Shown one piece after another: positions 62,552-64,000 of a DNA stretch of 64,000 nucleotides (position 1 is the first letter of the stretch; each line of letters begins with the position of its first letter). The notes below the pieces were generated by a model. The model was not told the DNA's origin. It ran no database searches and was given only the letters and a program-made list of their open reading frames with translations. The DNA is taken from contig OY986950.1 in NCBI GenBank assembly GCA_963920595.1, positions 930,001-994,000 on the forward strand, read 5' to 3'. A program made the translations under genes and the position numbers. The DNA comes from Eimeria praecox (taxonomy: Eukaryota).

Positions 62552-64000
62552 AGCGCGCAAGCTAAGCAGACGCAAAGGCAGTGGAGGGTGAGGCTGTCAG
62601 GTGAGTGCTCTTTGGCCTTCACCGCGGGTAAGAAATAAAGTTCTGAGAGACTAAATGTACAAAATAATATAAATGAGGTGTACATACACCTGAAAATAAA
62701 GAAAAAGACAAGACGAAGGACAGAAGCTTCGCTTCTTTGGGGTCGGTCGTGCAGAGGGAGGGAGGGTGTTATTGCTCCTGTGGCTGGTTGAGGAGGCGTT
62801 GAAGATGCTGTGGAAATGAGAGAATAAATAGGGAATAAGGAGTCAATTACGCATATAAAAGAAGTAATAGAGATGAAAATAAACAAGAAAATACTTTTTA
62901 TAATGTTTAGAATGAAGAAGACCCTCAGGCAACAAACACATATCCGCGTAGCGTCAGAGGAGGGTGGTGTTGCTCCTCCTCACCATTGGACGGATTCGTC
63001 TTGATATATACATGAAATTAAAAAGAACTTCTTTTTTTATTATTATTTAATTCAAAAAAACTTAAAAAAACACAATTTTTCTGTTGCTTTCCCTGGTTCA
63101 GAATCTCGTGCACGTTGCGCTTCAGGTGTATGTACACCTCAGCTCATACAACATAGAGAAGCATCGCGTGAGCAAGCAAACCTACGGGGCTCTTAAATAG
63201 AGATAAATATTGAAAATAAAGTATTTATTTATTGTTTTTCATATTTATTTCAAACATTCATGGTGTTTTAAGTCTATTTATCCAGGAGGAGCACAGGAAG
63301 GAGGGCAGACCGACTCCTCGTCACTAGGAATCCTATACTGTATCGTGCACAGAAAAGAAGCTGAAAAGTAAAAGAAATACAATTTAAATACATTTAAATA
63401 ACTTTCACAAACTTCAGGGGATCCAGGTGTACATACACTTCATTTGTTTCTACAAGAAATAGTCTAATCTGCAACAGAACTGTTACTGTTCATGTATACA
63501 CCCCGCACTGCTCAGCTAGAGAAGAATTTGTTTCTTCTCTTTTTTATTTTAATTAAATTAAATTAATATTAAATTAATTATACTTCAAGAATCAATACTG
63601 CAACACGGCTTCTCGGGTGTATCTTCACCTGCAAGCTGCATTCTGATCTGTAAAAGATTAAGAAACAATATCGTGCGGGGATAAGAACATAGAAATACAA
63701 TTTAGTTTATTCTTACCTCCTCAAGGATTTGTCTCTACATAGAAGAGCATATCCTTATATACATATCTGTGTAGATTATATATATGTTTATTTATTTATT
63801 TATTTATTTGTTTGTTTGTTTCTACATGTATTTATTTACTTTGCAGATATACGGACAGCATGGGCATTTAGATATATGAGTGGAGAGGGGTTTTTTGATT
63901 GATATTTACTAGTTAGGGTTTAGGGTTTAGGGGGTTTAGGTAGAAGATCTGAGGCTAGTGAGGGTTTAGGGTTTCTATGATAACTGTTTAAAGCTCTGAA

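Noticed and set aside
62900..64000. Possible small exons on either strand (about 63275-63360, 63600-63650, 63716-63755, 63847-63890)
   Set aside because: Splice-like signals exist, but I could not build a consistent frame or recognise a product within the window.

Overview
Eukaryotic, intron-rich DNA with the repeat signature of a coccidian apicomplexan, most likely an Eimeria species: (CAG)n tracts giving poly-A/Q/S peptides, interstitial telomere-like (AAACCCT)n arrays, TGCATGCA, (TAGC)n, (AT)n and GGGGCCCC palindromes. Most entries in the ORF track are repeat artefacts. I rebuilt spliced gene models by hand from GT-AG sites and reading frame. They are: the 5' end of a signal-peptide gene (-, runs off the left edge); a METTL13-like dual methyltransferase; an alanine dehydrogenase-like protein that seems to have lost its catalytic residues; an MFS transporter; CDPK3; a small DUF4536-like protein; HSBP1; GDP-mannose pyrophosphorylase (cut by an assembly gap); a decayed chromovirus (Ty3/gypsy) LTR retrotransposon; a single-exon TELO2; a basic hypothetical protein; and a FHIT-type HIT hydrolase with a tRNA-Arg(TCG) antisense in its first intron. 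The most striking unexplained signals are architectural. (1) A dispersed palindrome GGTGTAYRTACACC occurs about once per kb, is written into codons and forms splice sites. (2) Several introns are closed by inverted telomere-repeat arrays and have similar lengths (231-244 or 411-413 nt). (3) Telomere arrays recur at roughly nucleosome spacing. (4) Exon boundaries are duplicated 140-185 bp away in three unrelated genes. Family assignments come from recognised motifs, not database searches, and exon coordinates may be off by a few bases.
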